Origin: Thermodesulfovibrionales bacterium
GTDB taxonomy: Bacteria; Nitrospirota; Thermodesulfovibrionia; Thermodesulfovibrionales; SM23-35
Assembly (NCBI GenBank): GCA_963715195.1
Contig: CAVQRT010000014.1
Location: 1 to 64,000 of the forward strand
Direction: 5' to 3'
Length of the DNA: 64,000 nucleotides
The notes beneath the pieces were generated by a model. The model saw only the letters and a program-made list of their open reading frames with translations. It searched no databases and had not been told where the DNA came from. Shown piece by piece: positions 48,619 through 58,512 of the stretch. Position numbers and translations under genes: made by a program. The first letter of the stretch is position 1. Each line of letters opens with the position of its first letter.

Positions 48619-50599
48619 TACGCTTTCTGCCCTCCAGGACCATCTTGCCAAATTAACAGGCCTTTCTCTTGCCCTTTATGGTGAAAGAGGCAATGTTCTT
48701 ATGCCTCCGGTCAATGAAAATAAACTTTTGTCATCCCTGAGGGCTCTGCCGGGAGGGAGAGATGAATATCATGATTTCATAAAGAATGTCATTGAGAAGG
48801 CGCTCCAGAGAACCGACATTTCCTTCTTTAAAGGTCCCGGCGAGATGTATTACTTCCTTATGCCGGTCCGTGTCGAAGACTCGACGGTTATTGTAGCCGG
48901 CGGTGGGGTGTTCGTCTCTGCTGCTGATCGTGATACTTTTCTCAAAACAACAGGCGCTGCTTACGGCTTTACGCCGGATCAACAAAAAGCCATGATTCAG
49001 GAGATACCGATAAGAGACCTTGCCGAACTGCAGGATGCTGCACGGAATGTCTGTTCAATTTTCAGCCTCGGACTTCAGAGCAGCTGCAAAGAGACGTTTC
49101 TCGAGAAAAGGTTCAGACTCATAAAAACGGTTTTCAGTCTTCTCTCAGAAATACACCGTGAACAACAGGCTGATGAGATGTATGACATCATACTCGATAT
49201 GATCCTCTTCCTGTTTAATGCCGAGAGTATAGCTGTCATGATCAGGGATAACCGCACCTTTAACCCTCATAAATCGGCCGGGAAATTCAGGGATTACCTG
49301 CAGACGGTATCTTTAGAGACAACCGGTATGCTTGCTGAAGTCGTTGAGAGGCAACAACCCCTCTATTCAGAATCTGTCATGGATCTCCTCCGGTTTGGTT
49401 TCAGTGACAAAATTACTTCAATGTATGTTTTCCCGATCATATCTGATGATACCGTAACCGGTCTGTTGAATATTTATAACTCTGTTCTCTCTCAGGAAGA
49501 TTCCGAGATAATTTTTGAAACGTGCAGGACGATAAGCGGCTCTCTCAGAATTTCGAAGCTTCGGGAGATATACCAGAAATGTCTGAAGGAGATGGAAGTC
49601 CTGAATACGGCCGCTTCGCGTCTCATTCCCATCAAAGAGCCGGATATGCTCTATGAAACGATACTGGACATGTCCGTTTATCTTACCGAAGCCGAAAAGG
49701 GCTCGCTGATGCTTGTCAGCGATGATGCCGCATGCCTTACGGTAAAGGCTGCCAAGGGGATCAACCGGAGGCTTCTGACGGATATCAGGATACGGGCCGG
49801 CGAAGGAATTGCCGGCTGGGTATTCAGAGAAGGTGTCCCGCTCGTGATGGAAGACATCGAAAAGAATGAATGGGGATTCCCGAAAAGGCATAAATACAAG
49901 ACAGGCTCGTTCATCAGCTTACCCCTGAAAATCGGGGAGAAAACCATCGGTGTGCTCAACATGTCTGACAAGATTACCGGTGAAGTTTTTTCAGCAGAAG
50001 ATATGGCGCTCATCAGTTCCTTTGCAGCCTATGCTTCAATCGCGCTCGAGCGCTCAACCTATTACAGGCTCGCAGGGCATTTGAAAGAGCTGTCTATTAC
50101 CGATTCCCTCACGGGGCTTTTCAACAGACGCTATTTTGAGGAGAGATTCTTTGAAGAGCTGAACCGTTCTGATCGTCATAATCTGTCTTTTTCTCTTTCG
50201 ATGATCGACATCGATGATTTCAAACTCTTTAACGATTCCGAAGGGCACCTTGCAGGCGATGAAATTCTCAAGTCTATCGCCGATATTGCGAAAGACTGCC
50301 TGCGCGTGAGTGATGTAATAGCGAGGTTTGGCGGAGAGGAATTCGCCGTCATCATGCCGCAGACGGAGCGGGAAGAAGCGATTCTGGTCTCGGAGAGAAT
50401 CCGAAAATCCATAAAAGAAGAGATACCCTGTACCTGGAGCACCTTCCCGAGAAAATCGATAACGGTCAGCATCGGCATTGCAACCTTCCCTTTCGACGGA
50501 AAAGAGAGAAAGGAACTCATACGGAACGCCGACAAGGCTCTGTACGTCGCCAAGATGGAGGGGAAAGACAGGACAGTCCTCTGGCAGTACAAAAGCTAA
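48599..50599 (+). CDS. diguanylate cyclase with PocR-like and GAF sensory domains
   Basis: DSLTGLFNRR, DIDDFK.FND..GH..GD, RVSD I-site, GGEEF; GAF-like segments; PocR-like N-terminus. Confidence 0.9.
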   Translation: MEYLNIDTLSALQDHLAKLTGLSLALYGERGNVLMPPVNENKLLSSLRALPGGRDEYHDFIKNVIEKALQRTDISFFKGPGEMYYFLMPVRVEDSTVIVAGGGVFVSAADRDTFLKTTGAAYGFTPDQQKAMIQEIPIRDLAELQDAARNVCSIFSLGLQSSCKETFLEKRFRLIKTVFSLLSEIHREQQADEMYDIILDMILFLFNAESIAVMIRDNRTFNPHKSAGKFRDYLQTVSLETTGMLAEVVERQQPLYSESVMDLLRFGFSDKITSMYVFPIISDDTVTGLLNIYNSVLSQEDSEIIFETCRTISGSLRISKLREIYQKCLKEMEVLNTAASRLIPIKEPDMLYETILDMSVYLTEAEKGSLMLVSDDAACLTVKAAKGINRRLLTDIRIRAGEGIAGWVFREGVPLVMEDIEKNEWGFPKRHKYKTGSFISLPLKIGEKTIGVLNMSDKITGEVFSAEDMALISSFAAYASIALERSTYYRLAGHLKELSITDSLTGLFNRRYFEERFFEELNRSDRHNLSFSLSMIDIDDFKLFNDSEGHLAGDEILKSIADIAKDCLRVSDVIARFGGEEFAVIMPQTEREEAILVSERIRKSIKEEIPCTWSTFPRKSITVSIGIATFPFDGKERKELIRNADKALYVAKMEGKDRTVLWQYKS

Positions 50600-51207
50600 T
50601 GCTTTTTTACAAACTCTCCGAAATTCTTTAAAACCCTCAGACCCGTTTCCTGGCTCTTTTCGGGATGGAACTGGGTTGCAATGATGTTTTCTTTCCAGAC
50701 CATGGATACAAATGTTCCTCCATAATCGGTTGTCGCTGCTATTACGTCGTTATCGAGCGGTACCACATAAAAAGAATGAACAAAGTAAAAGAATGATTCA
50801 TCGGGGATCTCTTCAAAGATTGGGGGCTTCCTGACCATCTTCACGTTGTTCCATCCCATGTGAGGCACCTTGAGGCCGGTCTGAAATTTCACGACCCGTC
50901 CCGGGAATACGTCAAGACCCTTGCAAATCCCGAACTCCTCTGATTCGCTGAACAGCACCTGCAGTCCAAGGCAGATGCCGAGAAACGGCTTCCCTTTCCG
51001 GATCGATCTTACAACAGGTTCTGTCAGTGACATCTGCTCGAGGTTTTTCATGCAGTCCCGAAAGGCACCGACGCCGGGAAGGACAAGCGCCTGTGCATCG
51101 TCGATTGCCCTGGGGGCTGTAACCACTCCCGCATCAATCCCCGCTTTCTGGAATCCTTTCTCAACGCTCCGCAGGTTGCCCATCCCATAATCGATAATCG
51201 CAATCAT
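50596..51207 (-). CDS. hisH: imidazole glycerol phosphate synthase, glutaminase subunit
   Basis: IIDYGMGNLRSV, LPGVGAF, GICLG, PHMGWN, YFVHSF, QFHPEKS. Confidence 0.96.
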   Translation of the reverse strand: MIAIIDYGMGNLRSVEKGFQKAGIDAGVVTAPRAIDDAQALVLPGVGAFRDCMKNLEQMSLTEPVVRSIRKGKPFLGICLGLQVLFSESEEFGICKGLDVFPGRVVKFQTGLKVPHMGWNNVKMVRKPPIFEEIPDESFFYFVHSFYVVPLDNDVIAATTDYGGTFVSMVWKENIIATQFHPEKSQETGLRVLKNFGEFVKKH

Positions 51208-51222
51208 GGGATTATTATACAT

Positions 51223-51327
51223 CGATCCGGGGATTTGAGGACGCAGGGACCCGGGATACAACTGGTTGTGAGAAATAGGCCTGAATGATATAGTTTCATT
51301 GATCTTTTCACTCGAACCCTTCCAAAT
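51223..51327. repeat. degenerate octamer element
   Basis: CGATCCGG GGATTTGA GGACGCAG GGACCCGG ... TCAC TCGAACCC. Confidence 0.5.
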
Positions 51328-51342
51328 CATTGCCTGCCTTTA

Positions 51343-51975
51343 TTGACACGCAGCCTGGCGGATGTGTTCAGGCAGCAGGGCGGGAAACATTTTCTCTCTG
51401 TAAGCCCGGTTGAAAGCCCTTACACAGAAACAACGAGACTCTTTTTACACTGTCTTGAAGCAGGCCTGAGAACGATTTTTACCAAGTCGCGAAAGATTAC
51501 GGAACTGATCTATTCATGGGCAATCGACCGCGCACCGGAACTGAGGGTCTCTGGATACCGATTGATGAAAGCACGCAATCAGTCCTGCAATCACATGGAT
51601 GCGACCTTGCCGGGAGCTTTCATGCGGTTGAGCACACGGCGATAGCATGCATTCCGCTCTTTGCCCTCTGCGACAGGGGGGATATCGGAGGATTAAGTTA
51701 TCCTCTGTACCCTCAGTTTAAAAAACCTGCGATCTTTCTGTACGATGGCCACGAAGGCGGCATAAGGGCTCACAAGAAGGGCATTGGCTGTGCTCGTTGA
51801 CTGGTTCAGCACAACACTCAGGGTTATCGAAGAATGCCCCTGTGCCGATGGATGGTCGTCATGCGTGCAGGATCCGCAATGCGGTTCAGGCAACCTCCCC
51901 TCGATAAGGAAGGGGCAAAAATACTTCTCAGGAGATGGCTTGGAGGAATTCCATATTGCGAATGATAATCTCTAA
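51343..51975 (+). pseudogene. remnant of a DEAD/DEAH-box helicase with a DUF1998 domain (MrfA/YprA-like)
   Basis: TIFTKSRKITELI, HAVEH..I..P....CDRGDIGG, FLYDGHEGGI and CPCADG.SSCVQ.PQCG.GN lie in different frames; most of the gene is missing. Confidence 0.8.
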
Positions 51976-52889
51976 TCAGTTTTTAACAGTACCTCTATTT
52001 TTGCCTTTGATCTGAGACTCTCAGTCCATTTTTCCCTCAATTCCTTTGCCCGTTCTGCCTCAAGCTCCCGCCGGAGGTTTTCCCGGGTCTCCTCGAAGGT
52101 CATCTGGTGCTCGGGTATTTTATCATCGACCTTGATGATGAAGTAGTTCGTCTCGGCTTTGATAATGTCGCTCACCTCTCCAGCCTTCAGCTTGAATGCT
52201 ACCTCATCAATTTCAGGGAGCATTCTCCCTTTATGGATATATCCGATGTCGCCGCCTTTTACCCGGTAACTGTCTTCCGATAAATTGGATGCCAGTTCAC
52301 CAAAGTCATCTCCATCCTTCAGCTTTGCAAGGATATCCTTGGCTTTTTGCTCGTCTTTGGTGGAGATGATCCTGAGTTTCACCTTTTCCGGCTCTTTAAA
52401 TTTAGCAGTATTTTCCTCGTAGTATGCTCTCAACGCAGATTCGCTTATCTCGGCCTTCTCGGTTACGTTCCTGGTGTAGGCAGCCTGGGCGAGCAATTCC
52501 CTCTCAATGCGTGTTCGTACCTGTGCTTCTGTGGCCTTTTCTCTTTCAAGGGCTTTTTGATATTCCTCTTCGGATCTGAACCGTTTCTTAAATTTCTCAA
52601 TCTGAGCATCGATTTTTTCTTTTTCTATTTTGATATTCTGTGCCTTTGCATCCTGATACTGGAGCTCTCTGTTTATAATCTCATCAAGGGCTTTCCCGTA
52701 GTATAACTTCCGTTTTTCCGGAGGCACATTCCGGTGAAACGTCATCCGGGGGATGAGCCTGTCAACCTCTTCCTCAAGGTCTTTCTGGGTGAAAACAACG
52801 CCGTTTACTTTGGCGACGATTGCATCCTCAGCATACGAGGAAACGGTAAAGAGCGCGATCATGAGCAATGACAGGAATATTTTCAGCAT
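51972..52889 (-). CDS. PpiC/SurA-type peptidyl-prolyl isomerase (exported foldase)
   Basis: Signal peptide after AAGGAG, VAKVNG, DFGELA..SED....GGDIG, AF.LK.GEVS. Confidence 0.9.
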   Translation of the reverse strand: MLKIFLSLLMIALFTVSSYAEDAIVAKVNGVVFTQKDLEEEVDRLIPRMTFHRNVPPEKRKLYYGKALDEIINRELQYQDAKAQNIKIEKEKIDAQIEKFKKRFRSEEEYQKALEREKATEAQVRTRIERELLAQAAYTRNVTEKAEISESALRAYYEENTAKFKEPEKVKLRIISTKDEQKAKDILAKLKDGDDFGELASNLSEDSYRVKGGDIGYIHKGRMLPEIDEVAFKLKAGEVSDIIKAETNYFIIKVDDKIPEHQMTFEETRENLRRELEAERAKELREKWTESLRSKAKIEVLLKTD

Positions 52890-52972
52890 GGTTATCTCCT
52901 TTTCTCTTTCTTTTATATTGCTTGAAAGAAAGGACAACATGCAAGAAGAAAGCGGCTGCCCCGTGAGAAAAT

Positions 52973-53572
52973 TTATGATGCATATACCGAAAGGTATATA
53001 TCTTCCTGTATGTGCCTCAGGGTCAGGGCGGGAGAGATTTCGGTTAAGGCGAATGTCAATATTGCTTCGGGTTTCACATAGAATAATTCCACATTCCTCC
53101 GGGGTACATAGTAAGTGAGAAAGTTCGCATGGAGGGATTCCCTGCACAAGAGGAACAGTTTTTTCAGTAAGCGCTTCGCGGATTCTTCGATTCCGGCTAT
53201 TCTAAAATTGAATACCCCGATTGCGATGATCACATCAAAGCGGAGATCAAGTGACTCCTCATCGATATCCATGGCGATGAACCGTGTCCGGGGGTATTTC
53301 TGCCGGGCGAGCGTTATGAGGTTTTCATTGACATCAATCCCCCAGTATGAAACAGAAATGCCATGATCCCTGAGAAACCCGTAAAAATCTCCTTTCCCGC
53401 ATCCAAAATCAAGGATAGTCTTGCCCGAGAGGTCGCCTGTTATCGTGAGGAAGGTTTTATACCTTCTCATTTGTCCTTCGGGCGTCCACCGGACAGCCTG
53501 TGGAGTATCACCAAAGTCTCTCAGGTGCCGGTTAAAGAAATTGAGAAGTTCCTGTTTGCCGAGCGGGTCCAT
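52973..53572 (-). CDS. class I SAM-dependent methyltransferase
   Basis: ILDFGCGKG motif I, YWGIDVN, FDVIIAIGVF. Confidence 0.85.
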   Translation of the reverse strand: MDPLGKQELLNFFNRHLRDFGDTPQAVRWTPEGQMRRYKTFLTITGDLSGKTILDFGCGKGDFYGFLRDHGISVSYWGIDVNENLITLARQKYPRTRFIAMDIDEESLDLRFDVIIAIGVFNFRIAGIEESAKRLLKKLFLLCRESLHANFLTYYVPRRNVELFYVKPEAILTFALTEISPALTLRHIQEDIYLSVYAS

Positions 53573-53664
53573 GGATATGTTTTCATAGTACCATAGATGG
53601 ATAATTCGGTTTGTTCTGTGGTAGAGTTCAAGAATAGAAGAATACTGAAAACGGGAAAGCACTT

Positions 53665-54018
53665 ATGGAAGAGATCAGGTACAAGGAATACTCTGAAGAG
53701 GAATCTCATATTTATCATGAGACGTTGCAGAAAATCCTGGAAGGTTTGACTAAAGGACTGCCATTCCACGAAGCATGCAGCGCCGTTGAGTTACCCGACA
53801 AGAAACTCAGGGGGTTCATCGAAGATGATGCATTGAAGATCATGATCGCAGATATGCACTATACCAAAGGTATTTCGCTTGAGAAGATGGCTGAAAACCT
53901 TCAGGTGCATATTGATTTACTCCGGAAATCAAATGCCGAGATGCTCGAAGATATCGGGATGACAGTTTCGGAAATATACAAGGCAAATAATCCGGACAGC
54001 ACGGTCGGAAACGCATAG
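53665..54018 (+). CDS. hypothetical protein
   Basis: 117 aa ORF heading an apparent operon; possible C-terminal HTH-like segment. Confidence 0.7.
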   Translation: MEEIRYKEYSEEESHIYHETLQKILEGLTKGLPFHEACSAVELPDKKLRGFIEDDALKIMIADMHYTKGISLEKMAENLQVHIDLLRKSNAEMLEDIGMTVSEIYKANNPDSTVGNA

Positions 54019-54026
54019 GAGGAGAA

Positions 54027-54287
54027 ATGCCTGAACAGCGCAAGAAAGTCAGACTGTATTCGCTCAGCACCTGTGCGACCTGCAAAGAGGTGAGGAAGTT
54101 CCTGGAAAATCACGGCATACAATATGAACTGACTGAAGTGGACCTGCTTGACAGTGGAGAACAGTGGCTCGCGTCCAAGGAAGTAAAGAGATATAATCCG
54201 CAGGCAACATATCCGACGCTCGTCATCGAAGAGGTTATCCTTGGACTCGATGCAGACGCCATGAAGAAAGCTCTGGAACTACCATGA
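54027..54287 (+). CDS. glutaredoxin/NrdH-like redoxin
   Basis: LYSLSTCATCK (CxxC), YPTLVI cis-Pro motif; SD AGGAGG. Confidence 0.88.
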   Translation: MPEQRKKVRLYSLSTCATCKEVRKFLENHGIQYELTEVDLLDSGEQWLASKEVKRYNPQATYPTLVIEEVILGLDADAMKKALELP

Positions 54288-54607
54288 CGGCTGAACGGCT
54301 CTTCGAAATACTGGGGAAATACGCGGAGTCACAGGGTATTGCACTCAACAAGGACAAAGACTTTGTTATGGAAATCCTCAGAGGGCTCCTTGCGAATGAA
54401 TCAAGATACGGATACCGTTCCTGTCCCTGCCGTCTGGCGGCCGGAGTCAAGGAGAAAGACGCCGATATTATTTGCCCGTGTTTTTACCGGGATCCTGACA
54501 TTAAAGAGTATGGAAGCTGCTACTGCCGTTTATATGTCTCCAAAGACTGGAATGAAGAAAAAATCGAGCATGTCATCGTGCCGGAACGAAGACCGCGAAG
54601 AGATTGA
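54284..54607 (+). CDS. ferredoxin:thioredoxin reductase catalytic-subunit-like protein
   Basis: YG..SCPCR, ICPC, GSCYC.LYV motifs; ATGA overlap with the redoxin. Confidence 0.9.
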   Translation: MTAERLFEILGKYAESQGIALNKDKDFVMEILRGLLANESRYGYRSCPCRLAAGVKEKDADIICPCFYRDPDIKEYGSCYCRLYVSKDWNEEKIEHVIVPERRPRRD

Positions 54608-54625
54608 GAAAGACGTCGGACGGGC

Positions 54626-55000
54626 ATGTTTTCTGCAAGCAATCTTCCCCTGAGCAGTTTGAAAAAGAACAGACATATCATCGATCATCTGCTCTGGGAC
54701 TTTGAACCCAAACAATTGATGCAGCCGCGGTGCGGGAGAACCGGGGAAGGTTCAGAGTCCGCAACCCTTTCCGCGGGGTACATTTTGTATATTGAAACGA
54801 TGGAAAAGCATCCCGGACTTTTTCTGATGGTCCAGAGCGCTTCCGGCTATGCCGAGACTTTTGCAAAGATCAGTGATGTGCCGGATGCTCTGCTCGCTGA
54901 GGCCATTCAGGAAAACCGGAACAGGGAATATTTTAAAATGTATCCAATCAACGAGAAGCTGAAAGAGTGGCTGAAAAAGGAATTGAGGATAACGGAGTGA
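54626..55000 (+). CDS. conserved hypothetical protein (DVU0772-like, from memory)
   Basis: LLWDFEP, GYILYIE, MYPINEKLKEWLKKEL. Confidence 0.65.
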   Translation: MFSASNLPLSSLKKNRHIIDHLLWDFEPKQLMQPRCGRTGEGSESATLSAGYILYIETMEKHPGLFLMVQSASGYAETFAKISDVPDALLAEAIQENRNREYFKMYPINEKLKEWLKKELRITE

Positions 55001-57075
55001 ATAATTTGTTGAATGCGTCGTTGCTGTTCGAAATCGGAACCGAGGACTTGCCTGCACGATTTATTTTTCCGGCTATCCAGCAGATGGAAGAGCAAGCCTC
55101 TGGAATCTTGCGCGAAATGCGCATTCCTTTCTCCGGGATCAAAACATACGGTACCCCGCGAAGGCTGGCGCTGATTGCAGAGGGGCTTCCCCGGTCGCAG
55201 GAAGACAGGACACGGGAAATTTTCGGGCCTTCACGGAAAGCGGCATATGATGCGAACGGGCGCCCTACAAAGGCAGCGGTCGGGTTTGCCCAGTCTCAGG
55301 GGGTAAGCGTCGAACAACTTATTATAAAAAGCAAGGATAAAGGGGAATATGTCGCAGCGGTTCTGGAAGAGAAGGGTGGTCCTGTTATTGCGGTTCTCCC
55401 CGAGATCCTGAAGAGAATCGTGCTTTCTCTCCATCTCCCGAAATCCATGAGATGGGCTGACGGGGATCTCCGGTTTGCCCGTCCAATACGTTGGTTGTTG
55501 GCCCTCTTTGATGACGAAACGGTCAGTTTTGACATTGACGGAATCAGAAGCAGCAACACCACAATGGGGCACAGGTTCCTGTCTCCCGCGGCTTTCAAGC
55601 TCCAGAAAATTTCAGGATACAAGAGCATGCTCGCCAATAAACATGTTGTTGTCGATCAGGAGGAACGGAAGAAGATCATAGTGGATGCCATGGAAGTACT
55701 CCTTGGTTCCCTTGGTGAAAAACCCGTGCAGGATGAGGAACTCCTTGAAACCGTTGTGAATCTGGTGGAGTATCCGGTCCCTGTGCTTGCAACGTTTCCT
55801 GCAGCGTATCTCGGCCTCCCCAGGGAACTGCTGATAACCGTTATGAAAGGCCATCAGAAATATTTTGCTGTCGAGAAAGCGGAGAGCACCATAACCAATC
55901 ATTTTGTGGTCATTAGCAATACCAGTGAAGAGAATGCCGGTACGGTCCGGGTCGGTGCGGAACGGGTGATCAGAGCACGGTTTGAAGACGCCCGCTTTTA
56001 TTTTGAGGAGGACCGGAAAGTTCCTCTCCACACGAGGATGGAATATCTGAGAAAAGTAACCTTCCACGAGCGTCTTGGGAGCCTCTATGACAAGACTGAG
56101 CGGATTGTCTCGATTGCCGCATTTCTTGCAGGCCGGGTCTTTCCGGCTCTCAAGGAACATGTAGTTCGTGCTGCCCGGCTTGCGAAGACCGACCTTATTA
56201 CCGGTGTTGTCAGGGAATTTCCTGAGCTCCAGGGAATTATGGGTAAATATTATGCACTGCATGACGGGGAATCAAAGGAAGTAGCGGATGCCCTCGAAGA
56301 GCAGTACCTACCGGCATATTCCGGCGGAGCACTTCCGAGAACGGATGCCGGAGCGCTCCTCAGCATTGCTGACAAGATTGATACCGTCGCCGGTTTTTTC
56401 TCCATAGGAATTATGCCGACCGGGTCTGAAGACCCTTTTGCATTGCGCCGGCAGGCCCTTGGCATTATTGCAATCATGATGGACAAATCGATTGATGTGC
56501 CAGTGCAAGACCTTGTTGACAAGGCATTCGGTACCTTGCCTCATGGTGAGAGCATTGATGTAATGAAAGAGCAAATGCTACGGTTTGTTCGGAACAGAGT
56601 GGAGGCAGTCTTGTCAGATCTTGGTTACAGTTCTGATTTCGTACAGTCTGCACTTCCGGTATGCCTTCGTATTCCACTGTTTGCTGTCAGGGAAAGACTC
56701 GATGCCCTGAAGAGGTGCAGGGATCATCCTGCATATTGTGATTTCCTGGTTGCCATGAAGCGGGTGAACAACATTATTCCGAAATCACCCATGCCTTCGG
56801 TTAGACCGGAACTACTTCTCGAAGAACAGGAAATCAGTCTCAGTGCGAAGCTTAATTCCATGCGCGGTGAGATTGAGAGTCTGGTAGACAACAAACGGTA
56901 TGATGATGCTGTTATCCTGCTTTTTTCGCTGACGGAAGCTGTCAACCGGTTTTTTGATCATATCCTCGTCATGGACAAACGGGAGGAAATAAAGCAGAAC
57001 AGGCTTTCACTGCTGCAGGATATCTGGCAGACGGTTTCCGCTCTCGCTGATTTTTCAAAGCTTTCATCGAATTAG
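54997..57075 (+). CDS. glyS: glycine--tRNA ligase beta subunit
   Basis: LLFEIGTEDLP, TPRRLA, KSMRW, LVEYP, EFPELQG.MG, GSEDPFALRR; GTGA overlap with the upstream stop. Confidence 0.96.
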   Translation: MNNLLNASLLFEIGTEDLPARFIFPAIQQMEEQASGILREMRIPFSGIKTYGTPRRLALIAEGLPRSQEDRTREIFGPSRKAAYDANGRPTKAAVGFAQSQGVSVEQLIIKSKDKGEYVAAVLEEKGGPVIAVLPEILKRIVLSLHLPKSMRWADGDLRFARPIRWLLALFDDETVSFDIDGIRSSNTTMGHRFLSPAAFKLQKISGYKSMLANKHVVVDQEERKKIIVDAMEVLLGSLGEKPVQDEELLETVVNLVEYPVPVLATFPAAYLGLPRELLITVMKGHQKYFAVEKAESTITNHFVVISNTSEENAGTVRVGAERVIRARFEDARFYFEEDRKVPLHTRMEYLRKVTFHERLGSLYDKTERIVSIAAFLAGRVFPALKEHVVRAARLAKTDLITGVVREFPELQGIMGKYYALHDGESKEVADALEEQYLPAYSGGALPRTDAGALLSIADKIDTVAGFFSIGIMPTGSEDPFALRRQALGIIAIMMDKSIDVPVQDLVDKAFGTLPHGESIDVMKEQMLRFVRNRVEAVLSDLGYSSDFVQSALPVCLRIPLFAVRERLDALKRCRDHPAYCDFLVAMKRVNNIIPKSPMPSVRPELLLEEQEISLSAKLNSMRGEIESLVDNKRYDDAVILLFSLTEAVNRFFDHILVMDKREEIKQNRLSLLQDIWQTVSALADFSKLSSN

Positions 57076-57100
57076 TCCGCATAATCTATAAACTTGACAG

Positions 57101-57283
57101 GTTAACCCAAGACGTGCGGACATTCTTCGAAAAATTGTGTAAGTCGATGATTTGATTGAAATATCTCTTGTCTCTGTTTAGACAAAAATATTCTTAAAAC
57201 TATCAGTTCAAGGTACACTGTGGCGTCGGAAAATACTGTTTCTCTCAAAATGAGTACCTTTCGAATACATTCTTCAGATTAAC
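57101..57283. mobile_element. ~180-bp MITE-like dispersed repeat, copy 2
   Basis: Colinear with 3133-3312; ends GTTAACCCAAGA...TCTTCAGATTAAC form an imperfect terminal inverted repeat. Confidence 0.55.
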
Positions 57284-57297
57284 GGGTACAATAAACA

Positions 57298-58500
57298 GTG
57301 GCCAATGCTCTGCGGTTTGCAGCATTACAGAACAGGGATTTCAGGCTCTTCTGGTTCGGTCAGCTTATCTCGCTCTCCGGAACCTGGATGCAGTCTGTTG
57401 CCCAGGGCTGGCTGGTGTACAGTCTCACAAAATCACCGTTCTATCTCGGTCTGGTTGCGGCAAGCGGTACCCTGCCGATCCTGCTCTTTACCCTTGCGGG
57501 GGGCATTGTGGCAGACAGATTCCGGAAGAGAAATCTGCTCATCCTGACACAGGCTTTATCGATCGTCCCCGCGCTTGCACTCGGAATACTGACGAATATC
57601 CATGTGATCGCGGTCTGGCAGGTTGCCTTGTTTGCAGCAGTTCTCGGCACCGTCAACGCATTTGATGTTCCTGCACGGCAATCATTTATTGTCGAGATGG
57701 TGGGAAGAACTCATCTCACGAATGCTATTGCCCTGAATTCTGCTGCCTTTCATGGCGCGCGCATGGTTGGTCCGGTTATCGCCGGGATTGCAATAGCTTC
57801 CGTGGGGCTCTCCGCATGTTTTTATTTGAATGCCCTTAGCTTCGTTGCTGTTATTATAGCCCTCTCAAAGGTTCGCGCGCGGGGCGAAATCCATGAAAAA
57901 TCGAACGGCATGGTAAACGATCTCCTCGATGGCCTGCGCTATATCAGGGGGCAATCCGCAATCTTTCAGATCATCATCCTTATCGCGATATTCAGTCTCC
58001 TCGGCATGCCGTTCATGACACTGCTTCCTGTTTTCGCAGCGGAGGTATTTCACAAGGGACCGGAGGGGTTTGGAATTATGGTGGGTGCAACAGGGGCGGG
58101 TGCCCTGCTGGCAGCATTATTCATTGCGTGGAGAGATGACATCGTTGAAAAAACGAGGTTCATGGCTGTCTCTGCTCTCTGTTTTTCTCTTCTGCTCCTC
58201 GTTTTTTCGTTCATACATCATTTTTCAATCGGTATCGCCATATTGGTATGCATAGGATGGAGTCTGGTGAGTTTTTTTGCGGTCGCAAACAGCTATATCC
58301 AGCTCTCTGTCCCGGATAACCTGAGAGGACGCGCGATGAGTGTTTATGCATTCGTATTTCTTGGCACAGCTCCCATAGGGAATTCAATCATCGGTGCGGC
58401 AGCAAATGCTGCCGGCACCGCTCTCACGGTCGGCGTGATAGCAGTTGTGTGCCTTATAACCTCCATGGTATTCTGTAGAAAAATCTGTAAAAGCCGGTAA
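57298..58500 (+). CDS. MFS transporter (MFS_3/DHA3-like)
   Basis: RDFRLFW.GQ.IS..GTWMQ, GG.VADRF, D.PARQS, about 12 hydrophobic helices. Confidence 0.92.
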   Translation: MANALRFAALQNRDFRLFWFGQLISLSGTWMQSVAQGWLVYSLTKSPFYLGLVAASGTLPILLFTLAGGIVADRFRKRNLLILTQALSIVPALALGILTNIHVIAVWQVALFAAVLGTVNAFDVPARQSFIVEMVGRTHLTNAIALNSAAFHGARMVGPVIAGIAIASVGLSACFYLNALSFVAVIIALSKVRARGEIHEKSNGMVNDLLDGLRYIRGQSAIFQIIILIAIFSLLGMPFMTLLPVFAAEVFHKGPEGFGIMVGATGAGALLAALFIAWRDDIVEKTRFMAVSALCFSLLLLVFSFIHHFSIGIAILVCIGWSLVSFFAVANSYIQLSVPDNLRGRAMSVYAFVFLGTAPIGNSIIGAAANAAGTALTVGVIAVVCLITSMVFCRKICKSR

Positions 58501-58512
58501 TATATTGACTGC

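Noticed and set aside
57094..57292. TTGACA and TACAAT as one promoter split by the MITE
   Set aside because: Removing the element leaves only about 10 nt between the boxes, not about 17
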